From Jiangellaceae bacterium (GTDB lineage Bacteria; Actinomycetota; Actinomycetes; Jiangellales; Jiangellaceae): a DNA stretch of 64,000 nucleotides. The notes beneath the pieces were generated by a model. The model saw nothing but the letters and a program-made list of their open reading frames with translations, was not told where the DNA came from and did not search any database. The stretch lies in assembly GCA_036373915.1 (NCBI GenBank), contig DASUUU010000157.1:2429-66428 (forward strand), given 5' to 3'. Positions 27,532 to 36,299 of this stretch are shown in pieces (the first letter of the stretch is position 1; the number at the start of each line of letters is the position of its first letter). The position numbers were made by a program, and so were the translations under genes.

Positions 27532-28631
27532 GCTCGTCGTCCGCCCAACGGAGGCCGTCCATATCGTGCTGCCACCCCGCCGGCAGCACGAGCCCGGGCG
27601 CCTGCGGCAGCGGCCAGTCCTGACGCTCGGGTTCTACGGGACCCTTACCCGGCACGTCCTTCCACCACTTCACCGGTTCCGGCCTGGGCGGATGGTCGCT
27701 GAACATGGCACGCGCCTTGACCACCAGCGGCTCGCGGTTCGGGTGGGCGTCGGGCCATCCGTACCGGAGCAGGTCGAGCCCGAGCCGGCGCAACTGGAAC
27801 TCCCGCTCCGGCTGGGCTCGGACGATCTGCGACGCATCATCGCGATTGTCATACTTCACGGCGCCGTCGCCTTCGTAACCCCACCAGTGCCACGGCAACA
27901 GGCCGTCCAACCTCCATTCCGGACGATCACGGCCGACCCAGGCATTGGTGACCGGCATCGGCAGGTCGTACTCGATGAAGGCGAACCGGCCCAAGGTCTC
28001 CAGTGGGCTCTCAATCGTCGGCTCGGCGCGCCTTGCCACCCACGCTGCCCTGTTGATGCCCGGCCAACGCTGCATGTGCGGCAGTACGCCGGCCAGGTCG
28101 AGCCCCCGACGAGCCGCTTCGTCGGCCACGACGAGTGAATCGGGCAACCGGGCCGTCCGCGCCAGATCGACGACAGCCCACTCATCACTGGTCACCAGCA
28201 GGCCGTCCGAGGTGCCAGCGGTGTTCCGGCGGGAGATTGGCTACGACTACTCGGCCACCCGTTCCGGTGAATTGCTTGCGTGACCCGTCCTTCGGTCGTA
28301 CGACCGTCGCCAGCCTCGGCGGAGGGCCGAGGGTCGGGAAATCGCGTACGGCTGCGCAGCCCCATCCGGTCAGGAAGGAGCCTGGGCCGCACAGGAGCGC
28401 AAAGGCCCGCGCCTCCGACATGAAGCGCTGCCACTCGTCAAGCTCGCCGAACGCCTTGGCGTCCACGTATGCACCGTGAGTGAGCCGCCGGAGCTTGCCG
28501 GCCGCTGTGAGCCGCCGGAGTCGGGCCTCGGAGAGACCCGCCTGCTTCGCGTCGGCGGCGAGCAGGACTCCGCGATTCCGGCGAAGCAGTTCACGTACGT
28601 CCCGCGGGAGGTCATCGGCTGGATTGGGCAT
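27497..28631 (-). pseudogene. AbiEi-antitoxin-like/DUF559-like protein, split by a frameshift
   Basis: The N-terminal part (28185-28631, LLRRNRGVLLAADAKQAGLSEARLRRLTAAGKLRRLTHGAYV) and the C-terminal part (27497-28195, VTSDEWAVVDLARTA...) are in different frames. They overlap by 11 nt and join as ..NLPPEH/TAGTSDGLLVTSDEW.. with one indel near 28195-28230. Confidence 0.6.
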
Positions 28632-28827
28632 GGTGATCAGGGTGCCGCGATCGAGGCGTCGACCGTCCCGCCGAAGCCGGACTGTGGATATCCAGGTGGC
28701 GGCCGGCCAGGGTGTGGACAGCCACCCGCGCCCCGACCCTCCCGACATACCTGTCCACGCTCGTCACCCCCGTGGCCCGACGCCACACCAGCCCAAGATC
28801 GCCTGCTGCCCGCCCCGACCAGGCCAG

Positions 28828-28914
28828 GAAAACCGCTCCTCGCTGATCAAACCGTCGGCAGACCCGTGGTAATCGCGTGATCGCCGACGGTTTGATCAGC
28901 GAGGAGCGGTTTTC
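28828..28914. repeat. perfect 32-bp inverted repeat with a 23-nt spacer
   Basis: GAAAACCGCTCCTCGCTGATCAAACCGTCGGC (28828-28859) is the exact reverse complement of 28883-28914. It is centred in a 484-bp divergent intergenic region. Confidence 0.9.
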
Positions 28915-29115
28915 GTGGCGTGATCGTCCCGCTTCCCGAGAGCATTCGCCCGAAATTCCTGAGATGTGCCGCCCGGCGGAAGAGGCCGACGAGCCGATCC
29001 ACCCACCAGCGAGCGGCGCCACCCCCAGACCATGGCGGAGGGCGCATTGGCGGGGAGTCGCGGCGGCGACATAGCCTGACACCGACACCGGGCACGACAC
29101 CGAGCGAGGCTGCGC

Positions 29116-29907
29116 ATGGCGTTCGACATCAGGGAACACACTGATCGAGCGTCCGCGATAACTCCTGACGACGTCGACCTCGCCGCGTTTCGCGACCGAC
29201 CACTTGGCTCGCACACGATTCGCTGGCTTCAGTACCTGCGCAACGTCGAGCGGTACACGATCAGGCACCTGCGCGATCTGCTCGTGACGCCGTCCCACAC
29301 CGAGCCCGTGGTCACAGAGTTCCTGACCGGGTGGGCATACCAGGAGTTCTGGCTCGGCGAGACACTCGATGCGATCATCGCCCAGCACGAGCCGCGCCAC
29401 GTGAGCGCGCCGGGCTCGAGCACCGTGCAGCGTGCCGTCCAGGAGATTCGCGACCGGATCGGACCGGTGCGCCAGTCATTGCTGGCCAACCTGATCGGCG
29501 AAGACTTCGTGGCCATCCACATGGCTTGGGCGTACGTCGACGCGGGCGTGATGAGCGCCGCATACCGAAGCGCAGCGGGCAACGGCGATCACCGGCAACT
29601 TGCCGAGATCGCGCGACGGGCCGCCGGCCTGAAGGAGTCGCACCGCGACTTCTACGCCGGCCAGGCCGTCGCGAGGCTCGGCAGATCGGCGCGGGCCAGG
29701 ACGCTCGCCCGGCGAACTCTGACCTATCTGTGGCGGCCGCCCGGTGCGGCGCTTCACCAGCGGAAAGAGACCAAGTTCGTCCTGAACCACCTGTTCGACG
29801 CCGTCGAGGCTCGGTCCCTTGACGAGACACTCGACACCTTGCCGGGCCTGGAGGGGCTCCGGATAGTGTCATCGGCCATGGCGACCTTCGGGGTGATCCG
29901 CTCATGA
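29116..29907 (+). CDS. hypothetical protein, first gene of a five-gene operon
   Basis: 263 aa, all-helical in appearance, with no motif I recognise. Its stop overlaps the next start (ATGA). Confidence 0.6.
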   Translation: MAFDIREHTDRASAITPDDVDLAAFRDRPLGSHTIRWLQYLRNVERYTIRHLRDLLVTPSHTEPVVTEFLTGWAYQEFWLGETLDAIIAQHEPRHVSAPGSSTVQRAVQEIRDRIGPVRQSLLANLIGEDFVAIHMAWAYVDAGVMSAAYRSAAGNGDHRQLAEIARRAAGLKESHRDFYAGQAVARLGRSARARTLARRTLTYLWRPPGAALHQRKETKFVLNHLFDAVEARSLDETLDTLPGLEGLRIVSSAMATFGVIRS

Positions 29908-32216
29908 GCGACCATCTGGACGGCAAGCACGTTCTGCTCACCGGGGTCACCGGGTTTCTCGGCCAGGCCACACTGGAGAAGCTGCTGTCGACCTACCCGA
30001 CGACGCGAATCTCGGTGCTGATCCGACCGAAGGGCAGCCAGCCGGCGGCGAACCGCTTGCCCGGGCTGCTCCGAAAGGACGTGTTCAAGAACTGGCGCGA
30101 GCGGGTCGGAGACGAGGTCGCCGAGCAGACCGTCGCTGAGCGCGTCACCGTGGTCGAGGGCGACCTCGGGGTCGACCAGCCGCCGCGACTCCCCGACGAT
30201 CTCGACGTGGTCGTGCACAGTGCCTCGATCGTGTCGTTCGATCCGCCGATCGACGAGGCGTTTCGTACCAACGTCGTGGGGGTCACACGGCTTTACGACG
30301 CCATCAAGGCCTCCGGCGGTGATCCCCACGTTGTACACATCTCGACCGCTTACGTAGCCGGCGTCCGCAAGGGCGTCGTGCACGAGGCGCCGCTGGCGCA
30401 TGACGTCGACTGGCGAGCCGAGGCCGCTGCGGCAGCCGCTGCCCGCGCCGAGGTCGAGACCCAGTCGCGCCGCCCCGAGATCCTCCGCAAGGCGATGGAC
30501 GCGGCCCGTGCCGAACACGGCAAGGCCGGACCGCAGGCCGTCGTCCAGGCCGCCGAACCATCCCGGCGCGAGTGGGTCAACGACCGGCTGGTCGACTACG
30601 GCCGGGTTCGTGCGCAGAGCCTCGGCTGGCCCGACGTCTACACGTTGACCAAGGCGCTCGGCGAGCGGGCCGCAGAGGAGCTGTGGGGCGAGGCCGGGCA
30701 TCGCCTGTCGATCCTGCGGCCGGCCATCGTCGAGAGCTCCCTGGCGCACCCCTTCCCGGGCTGGATCGACGGCTTCAAGATGGCCGACCCGCTGATCCTC
30801 GCGTACGGGCGCGGCATCCTGCCGGAGTTTCCCGGACTGCCGGACAGCGTGCTCGACTTGATCCCCGTCGATCTTGTCGTCAACGCGACCCTGGCCGTCG
30901 CCGCCGACCCGCCCGAGCCCAGCAAGCCCCAGTACTTCCACGTCAGCTCCGGGGCCCGGAACCCGCTGCCGTTCCGGGCCATGTACGAGCACGTTCACGA
31001 GTACTTCCGGCGCCATCCCATGCCGGACTCCGAACGGGGACATATCCAGGTGCCGGCGTGGAGATTCCCCGGCAGCACTCAGGTGCTGCGGATGCTACGC
31101 ACCGGCGAAAAGGCGGTCGAGTACGCAGAGAAGGTGCTGCTGCACATCCCGGCGAGCGACCGCACGCGCAAGCTGCAGAGCGACGTCTACCGCCGGCAGC
31201 AGGAACTCGAGGTCTTGCGCAAGTACGCCGATCTCTACCAGGCCTACACCCAGGCCGAGGTCATCTACGACGACCGCCGCACGCTCGCCCTGCACCGCTC
31301 GCTGCCACCCGACCGGCAGGCCGAGCACGGGTTCGATTCGGCCGTCATCGACTGGAAGCACTACCTGCAGGAGGTGCACTACCCCAGCGTCACCGAACTC
31401 ATGCGCTCGTTCTCCGGGCGGCCGCGGGCCAAGAGCAAGGCCGACCGGGCCTTGCCGCAGTCCACCGACGCCGCGGCGGTCTTCGACCTCGAGGGCACGG
31501 TCGTCGCGTCCAATACCGTCGAGCAGTACCTGTGGACCCGGCTGGCCAGCCTGCCCCGGTCGCAGTGGCCGCGCGAGCTCAGCGACCTGCTCCGTAACCT
31601 GCCCCGCTACCTGCGCGCCGAGCGCCGGGACAGGGGCGATTTCATCCGGACCTTCATGCGGCGCTACGAAGGAGTGGACGAAGCCGAACTGCGCCGCCTC
31701 GTGGAGGATTCCATCGGTGACGCCCTGTTGCAGCGAGCCATGCCCGAGGCGATCCGGCGGATCCGGGCCCATCGGGCTGCCGGGCACCGGACCGTCCTGA
31801 TCACCGGCACCATCGACACCCTTGTCGAGCCGTTCGCGCCGCTGTTCGACGAGGTGGTCGCCGGACGGATGCACACCCGGGAAGGTGTGTGGACCGGCTA
31901 CCTGGACCGCCCGCCGCTGGTTGACGAGGCCCGCGCGGCCTGGCTGAGGGGCTACGCCGAGACGGCCGGCGTCGACCTGGCCCAGTCGTACGCCTACGGC
32001 GACAGCCATTCCGACCGAGCCTGGCTCGAGTTGGTGGGTCACCCGCAGGCGGTCAACCCGGACGCCGCGCTGTACCGGCACGCCAAGCGCAAGCGCTGGC
32101 AGATCCACAGTTGGGGTACGCACACTCGCGGCCGGCTCGCCGCACTGTCCGGGGTCGTCACGACGCCCGCCGCCGGCCCTGGGGATACGCCGAGTCTGTT
32201 GGAGGTGCGCCGGTGA
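29904..32216 (+). CDS. fatty acyl-CoA/ACP reductase (SDR, male-sterility type) fused to a HAD-IB hydrolase
   Basis: N-terminal LLTGVTGFLGQATLEKLL Rossmann motif with an STAYV..K region. C-terminal HAD motifs AAVFDLEGTVV, ITGTID and YGDSHSDRAWLE. Confidence 0.8.
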   Translation: MSDHLDGKHVLLTGVTGFLGQATLEKLLSTYPTTRISVLIRPKGSQPAANRLPGLLRKDVFKNWRERVGDEVAEQTVAERVTVVEGDLGVDQPPRLPDDLDVVVHSASIVSFDPPIDEAFRTNVVGVTRLYDAIKASGGDPHVVHISTAYVAGVRKGVVHEAPLAHDVDWRAEAAAAAAARAEVETQSRRPEILRKAMDAARAEHGKAGPQAVVQAAEPSRREWVNDRLVDYGRVRAQSLGWPDVYTLTKALGERAAEELWGEAGHRLSILRPAIVESSLAHPFPGWIDGFKMADPLILAYGRGILPEFPGLPDSVLDLIPVDLVVNATLAVAADPPEPSKPQYFHVSSGARNPLPFRAMYEHVHEYFRRHPMPDSERGHIQVPAWRFPGSTQVLRMLRTGEKAVEYAEKVLLHIPASDRTRKLQSDVYRRQQELEVLRKYADLYQAYTQAEVIYDDRRTLALHRSLPPDRQAEHGFDSAVIDWKHYLQEVHYPSVTELMRSFSGRPRAKSKADRALPQSTDAAAVFDLEGTVVASNTVEQYLWTRLASLPRSQWPRELSDLLRNLPRYLRAERRDRGDFIRTFMRRYEGVDEAELRRLVEDSIGDALLQRAMPEAIRRIRAHRAAGHRTVLITGTIDTLVEPFAPLFDEVVAGRMHTREGVWTGYLDRPPLVDEARAAWLRGYAETAGVDLAQSYAYGDSHSDRAWLELVGHPQAVNPDAALYRHAKRKRWQIHSWGTHTRGRLAALSGVVTTPAAGPGDTPSLLEVRR

Positions 32217-33424
32217 TCCTCTCACTCCAGTACCAGCGCTCCCCCGCTCGTTACCTGGCGTCCCGCGGCATCACGTCGGTCAGGGCCGGGCGCCGGTTCG
32301 CCGGCATGGTCGCGGGCAACATGTCGCCGCTGCGGCTGGTGAACCTGCCGGCGCCGGACGTTCCGGACGAGGGCTGGACGAGGGTGGCTCCCATCCTTTC
32401 CGGCATCTGCGGATCCGACCTGGGGCTGCTCACCGGGCAGTCGTCGCCATACCTGTCGCCGGTGACGTCAATGCCTTTCGTGCCTGGTCACGAGGTCGTC
32501 GGCGAGACCCTCGATGACCTGCCGGGCCTGCCCCGCGGAACGCGCGTGGTGCTGGACCCCGTCCTGTCCTGCGAGCCCCGAGGAACCAAGCAGTGCAGGT
32601 GGTGCGCCGCCGGCCGGCACAGCCGCTGCGACCACGTCACCACGGGACGGATCGCGGCCGGCCTACAGACCGGGTTCTGCGCCGATACCGGCGGCGGTTG
32701 GAGCCGTCGCTTCGTGGCGCACCAGAGCCAGTTGCACGTTGTGCCCGACGGGCTGACGAACGAGCGTGCCGTGCTGGTCGAGCCGCTGGCCTGCGCGGTC
32801 CACTCGGTCCGGCGGGTGGACGTCGCGCCCAACTCGACGGTGGCCATCATCGGCGCCGGGACGGTCGGGCTGATGACGCTGCTGGCGTTGAAGGAACTCG
32901 CACCGGACGTCCCGGTCCATGTCGTTGCCAAGCACAAGCACCAGCAGGACCGCGCCCTCGCACTCGGTGCCGCCGCCGTCCACCAGCCGGACCGCGCGGC
33001 GCGGGCGATCCGCCGCACGACGACGGCCCGGATGCACGTCCCGGAGTTCGGCAACGAGTTCCTACTCGGCGGTGTCGACGTCGTGTTCGAGTGCACCGGC
33101 GGCGCATCGGGCCTGGACACCGCGCTACGGCTGACCCGCGCTGGCGGGACTGTCGTGGTGTCGGGCATGCCGTCCGGCAGCGTCGACCTCACGCCCCTGT
33201 GGTTCCGTGAGCTGAAGCTCGTCGGTGCGTACGCCAGCGGCAGCCCGTCCCCAGACTCTCCCCCTGATTTCGAGGTCGCCATGTCACTGGCGGGCTCGGC
33301 ACCGCTGGACGACTGGGTCGAGCCGCCCTACCCGCTCCGGCGCTGGCGCGAGGCTTTGGGCCATGCGGCGGAGGCCGGCAAGCTCGGCAGCGTCAAGATC
33401 GCCTTTGCGCCAGGAAAGGACTGA
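32213..33424 (+). CDS. zinc-binding alcohol dehydrogenase (MDR) family protein
   Basis: GICGSDL, GHEVVGE and the IIGAGTVGL NAD loop. GTG 32213 overlaps the upstream TGA. Confidence 0.8.
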   Translation: MILSLQYQRSPARYLASRGITSVRAGRRFAGMVAGNMSPLRLVNLPAPDVPDEGWTRVAPILSGICGSDLGLLTGQSSPYLSPVTSMPFVPGHEVVGETLDDLPGLPRGTRVVLDPVLSCEPRGTKQCRWCAAGRHSRCDHVTTGRIAAGLQTGFCADTGGGWSRRFVAHQSQLHVVPDGLTNERAVLVEPLACAVHSVRRVDVAPNSTVAIIGAGTVGLMTLLALKELAPDVPVHVVAKHKHQQDRALALGAAAVHQPDRAARAIRRTTTARMHVPEFGNEFLLGGVDVVFECTGGASGLDTALRLTRAGGTVVVSGMPSGSVDLTPLWFRELKLVGAYASGSPSPDSPPDFEVAMSLAGSAPLDDWVEPPYPLRRWREALGHAAEAGKLGSVKIAFAPGKD

Positions 33425-33428
33425 GAAC

Positions 33429-35006
33429 ATGAGCAGACCAGGGTTCGTCCTCTCTGTTGACGAGCGCACCCCGCCGCTGCTGGTCCACCAGGGCGAAGGC
33501 TTCCGGCTTGAACGGCTGCCGCTGGGCACGAACGTGATCTACCCGCCGGACTCGCTACCGGGCATCCGAAACCTGGACGCCGCGATCGCGAAGGCGATCC
33601 ACAACCCGATCGGGATCGAGCCACTGCCCGAACTGCTCAAGCCCGGGATGCGGTTGACGATCGTGTTCGACGACTTGTCCCTGCCGCTACCTCCCATGCA
33701 GACGCCGGACGTGCGGCAGCGGGTCATCGAACAGGTCCTCGAGCTGGCCGCCCGGGCCGGCGTCGACGACGTCGAGCTGATCGCGGCCAACTCGCTGCAC
33801 CGGCGGATGACACCGGCCGAGCTCAAGCGAGCCGTCGGTGAGCGGGTGTTCCGTTCGTTCTTCCCCGACCACCTGGGCAACCACGATGCCGAAGACCGCG
33901 AGAATCTCGTCGAGCTCGGCAAGACCGAGCACGGCGAGGTCGTCGAGCTCAACCGGCGGGCCATGGAGAGTGACCTCGTCGTCTACGTCAACATCACGCT
34001 GACCTCGATGAGCGGTGGGCCCAAGTCGTTGTCGGTCGGGCTGGCGAGCTATCGCAGCCTGCGGCACCACCACAACGTGCACACCCTGCGGCATTCGCGC
34101 TCGTTCAACGACCCGCCGAACTCGGCCATGCACCACTCGTACGAGCGAATGAAGGACCTGATCGGCGAGCACGTGAAGGTCTTCCAGATCGAGACCACCC
34201 TCAACAACGACACATTCCCGTCGTCGATGGGTTTTCTTAACAAGCGCGAGTGGGAGTGGAACCTCGCCGACCAGGCCGCATACCTGGCGGTCAAGCGGGG
34301 CAACGAGTTGCTTCCAACGCGGGCGCGGCGCAAGATCTGGCAGTCCACGGTGGCGCCGTACGGAGTGACGGGTGTCAACGCGGGGATCCCGTCGCAGGTC
34401 CACGAGATAACGCTGGCCAACGTCCACCGTCAGCAGCTCACCGAGGTCGACGGACAGGCCGACGTGGCGATCTTCGGACTGCCCTACATCTGCCCGTACA
34501 ACGTCAACTCGATCATGAACCCCATCCTGGTGATGTCGCTCGGGCTCGGGTATTTCTTCAATCTCTACAAGAACAGGCCGATCGTCCGCCAGGGTGGAGC
34601 AGCCATCTTCTACCACCCGGTGCCGCACGAGTTCCACCCGGTGCACCACCCGAGCTACATCGACTTCTTCGACGAGGTGCTGACCGAGTCCACGGACCCC
34701 GTGGTGCTGGAGACGAAGTACGAGGAGCAGTTCGCCACCGACCCGTGGTATATCCAGCTGTACCGCAAGAGCTACGCGTACCACGGCGTGCACCCGTTCT
34801 ACATGTGGTACTGGGGCGCGCACGCGCTCGAGCACCTGGGCGAAGTGATCTTTGTGGGTGGCAACCGGAAGACAACGGCGCGCATGGGCTTCAAGGCCGC
34901 GTCCACGCTCGCCGATGCCCTCGAGATCGCATCCAACACGGTCGGCCGCTCGCCGTCGATCACCTACCAGCATGCCCCGCCTCTGGTAATGGCGGACGTC
35001 CGGTGA
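33429..35006 (+). CDS. LarA-like (lactate racemase N-terminal domain/DUF2088) protein
   Basis: IVFDDLSLPLPP, LIAANSLHRRMTPAEL and SMSGGPKS resemble LarA-family blocks. ATG lies 5 nt after the ADH stop. Confidence 0.65.
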   Translation: MSRPGFVLSVDERTPPLLVHQGEGFRLERLPLGTNVIYPPDSLPGIRNLDAAIAKAIHNPIGIEPLPELLKPGMRLTIVFDDLSLPLPPMQTPDVRQRVIEQVLELAARAGVDDVELIAANSLHRRMTPAELKRAVGERVFRSFFPDHLGNHDAEDRENLVELGKTEHGEVVELNRRAMESDLVVYVNITLTSMSGGPKSLSVGLASYRSLRHHHNVHTLRHSRSFNDPPNSAMHHSYERMKDLIGEHVKVFQIETTLNNDTFPSSMGFLNKREWEWNLADQAAYLAVKRGNELLPTRARRKIWQSTVAPYGVTGVNAGIPSQVHEITLANVHRQQLTEVDGQADVAIFGLPYICPYNVNSIMNPILVMSLGLGYFFNLYKNRPIVRQGGAAIFYHPVPHEFHPVHHPSYIDFFDEVLTESTDPVVLETKYEEQFATDPWYIQLYRKSYAYHGVHPFYMWYWGAHALEHLGEVIFVGGNRKTTARMGFKAASTLADALEIASNTVGRSPSITYQHAPPLVMADVR

Positions 35007-35055
35007 TCAGCCGCAGCCCACGCGCCCAGGACGATCCTGCGGGAGGTCTGATCTG

Positions 35056-35988
35056 ATGAGTATCCGCGACGAGATCCAATTGCTCCGTCACGGACGCGAC
35101 TGGCGGGGACGCTCGACCGTACCCCGCTCTGCCGACCCCTACGTGCTCGACGACCGCGAGCAGGAGTTCCCGACCGACTGGGCCCGCAGCCGGGCGGGCA
35201 AGATGGCGCGATCTGTCCTTCAGCGCGGCCTGCTCAAGCCGGTGACATGGAGCCAGACCCGCCCGGTCGTCGAAGGGCTGGAGTATCTGGACAACGTGCA
35301 GGGGCCGGTCGTCTTCGTGGCGAACCACTCATCTCATCTCGACACACCGCTGATCGTCGGATCGGTGCCGCGGCGGTTCGCTGACAAGCTGGCGGTCGGG
35401 GCCGCTGCCGACTACTTCTTCGACGCTCGGTGGCGGGCGATCACAACGGCCCTGTTCTTCAACACCTTCCCCGTCGAGCGCCACGGGCAGCGCCGGCTGC
35501 GCTCGCAGGCGGTCGAGTTGCTGGACGAGGGGTGGAGCCTGCTGTTGTTCCCCGAAGGCACTCGGTCCGAGGACGGCTGGATGAGCGCGTTCAAGTCGGG
35601 CACGGCGCAGCTGTGTGTGAGCCGCAGGGTGCCTGTCGTACCGATCGCGATCCGAGGCGCGTACGCCGCCATGCCTCGGGGCCGGAACTGGCCGGTGCCC
35701 GGACGCCCGCGGATCGCCGTGCGGTACGGCCGCCCGCTGCTCCCGGTCGAGGGTGAAGGCTTCCGCGAGCTGCGTGAGCGGATGATGCGGGCGGTGTCCC
35801 GACTGGCCGCCGAAGAGGATCTCGGCTGGTACGGCGCGCTGCGGGCGGACGCCGACGACACGCTGCCGACGCCGACCCGCCGTGAGACCGCCGGTGCCCC
35901 GGCCGCCCCTCCGCCCGGCTGGCGCCGTATCTGGGAATCGACCCGCCCCCTGGAGGATCGCCGCCGTCGCCGCGTCTGGACCTGGTGA
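35056..35988 (+). CDS. lysophospholipid (PlsC/AGPAT-type) acyltransferase
   Basis: HX4D motif VANHSSHLD and FPEGTRS. Confidence 0.8.
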   Translation: MSIRDEIQLLRHGRDWRGRSTVPRSADPYVLDDREQEFPTDWARSRAGKMARSVLQRGLLKPVTWSQTRPVVEGLEYLDNVQGPVVFVANHSSHLDTPLIVGSVPRRFADKLAVGAAADYFFDARWRAITTALFFNTFPVERHGQRRLRSQAVELLDEGWSLLLFPEGTRSEDGWMSAFKSGTAQLCVSRRVPVVPIAIRGAYAAMPRGRNWPVPGRPRIAVRYGRPLLPVEGEGFRELRERMMRAVSRLAAEEDLGWYGALRADADDTLPTPTRRETAGAPAAPPPGWRRIWESTRPLEDRRRRRVWTW

Positions 35989-36131
35989 CGTTCGATCACG
36001 TTCGGCAGGCGGCCCGACGTACCTACATGGCCGCATGCATGAAGATACGTAGCTACCACTGGTGGGCGGCCCACCGGCATTCGCAGCTGTAGCCCGGCGC
36101 GACTGCCGGGTCTTGCAGGACGGGCGGGGCA

Positions 36132-36290
36132 GCCTTGAGCGCTTGCTGACGCGTTTCCTCGCCCGCCCTTTGCAATGCACACGTATGGGAAGCGCGGCAT
36201 TCGCCTACCCGTGTGAGGGTGCTCGTTCGGGCGGCTTTGGATGCTCGGCCCAGCCGAGCGTGGCGCTTCCGATTGGTGTGCATTGCAAGG
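36132..36290. repeat. REP-like palindromic element, copy A (expanded loop)
   Basis: Blocks GCCTTGAGCGC, CTTTGCAATGCACAC, GGAAGCGCGG ... GCGCTTCC, ATTGGTGTGCATTGCAA. The same blocks recur at 47144-47218. Confidence 0.7.
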
Positions 36291-36299
36291 GAGCAGCGG

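Noticed and set aside
28612-29400. 262-aa minus-strand ORF spanning the 32-bp inverted repeat.
   Set aside because: It reads through both arms of the palindrome (ENRSSLIKPSA appears in several frames). It overlaps the well-supported plus-strand gene at 29116, and it has no motifs.
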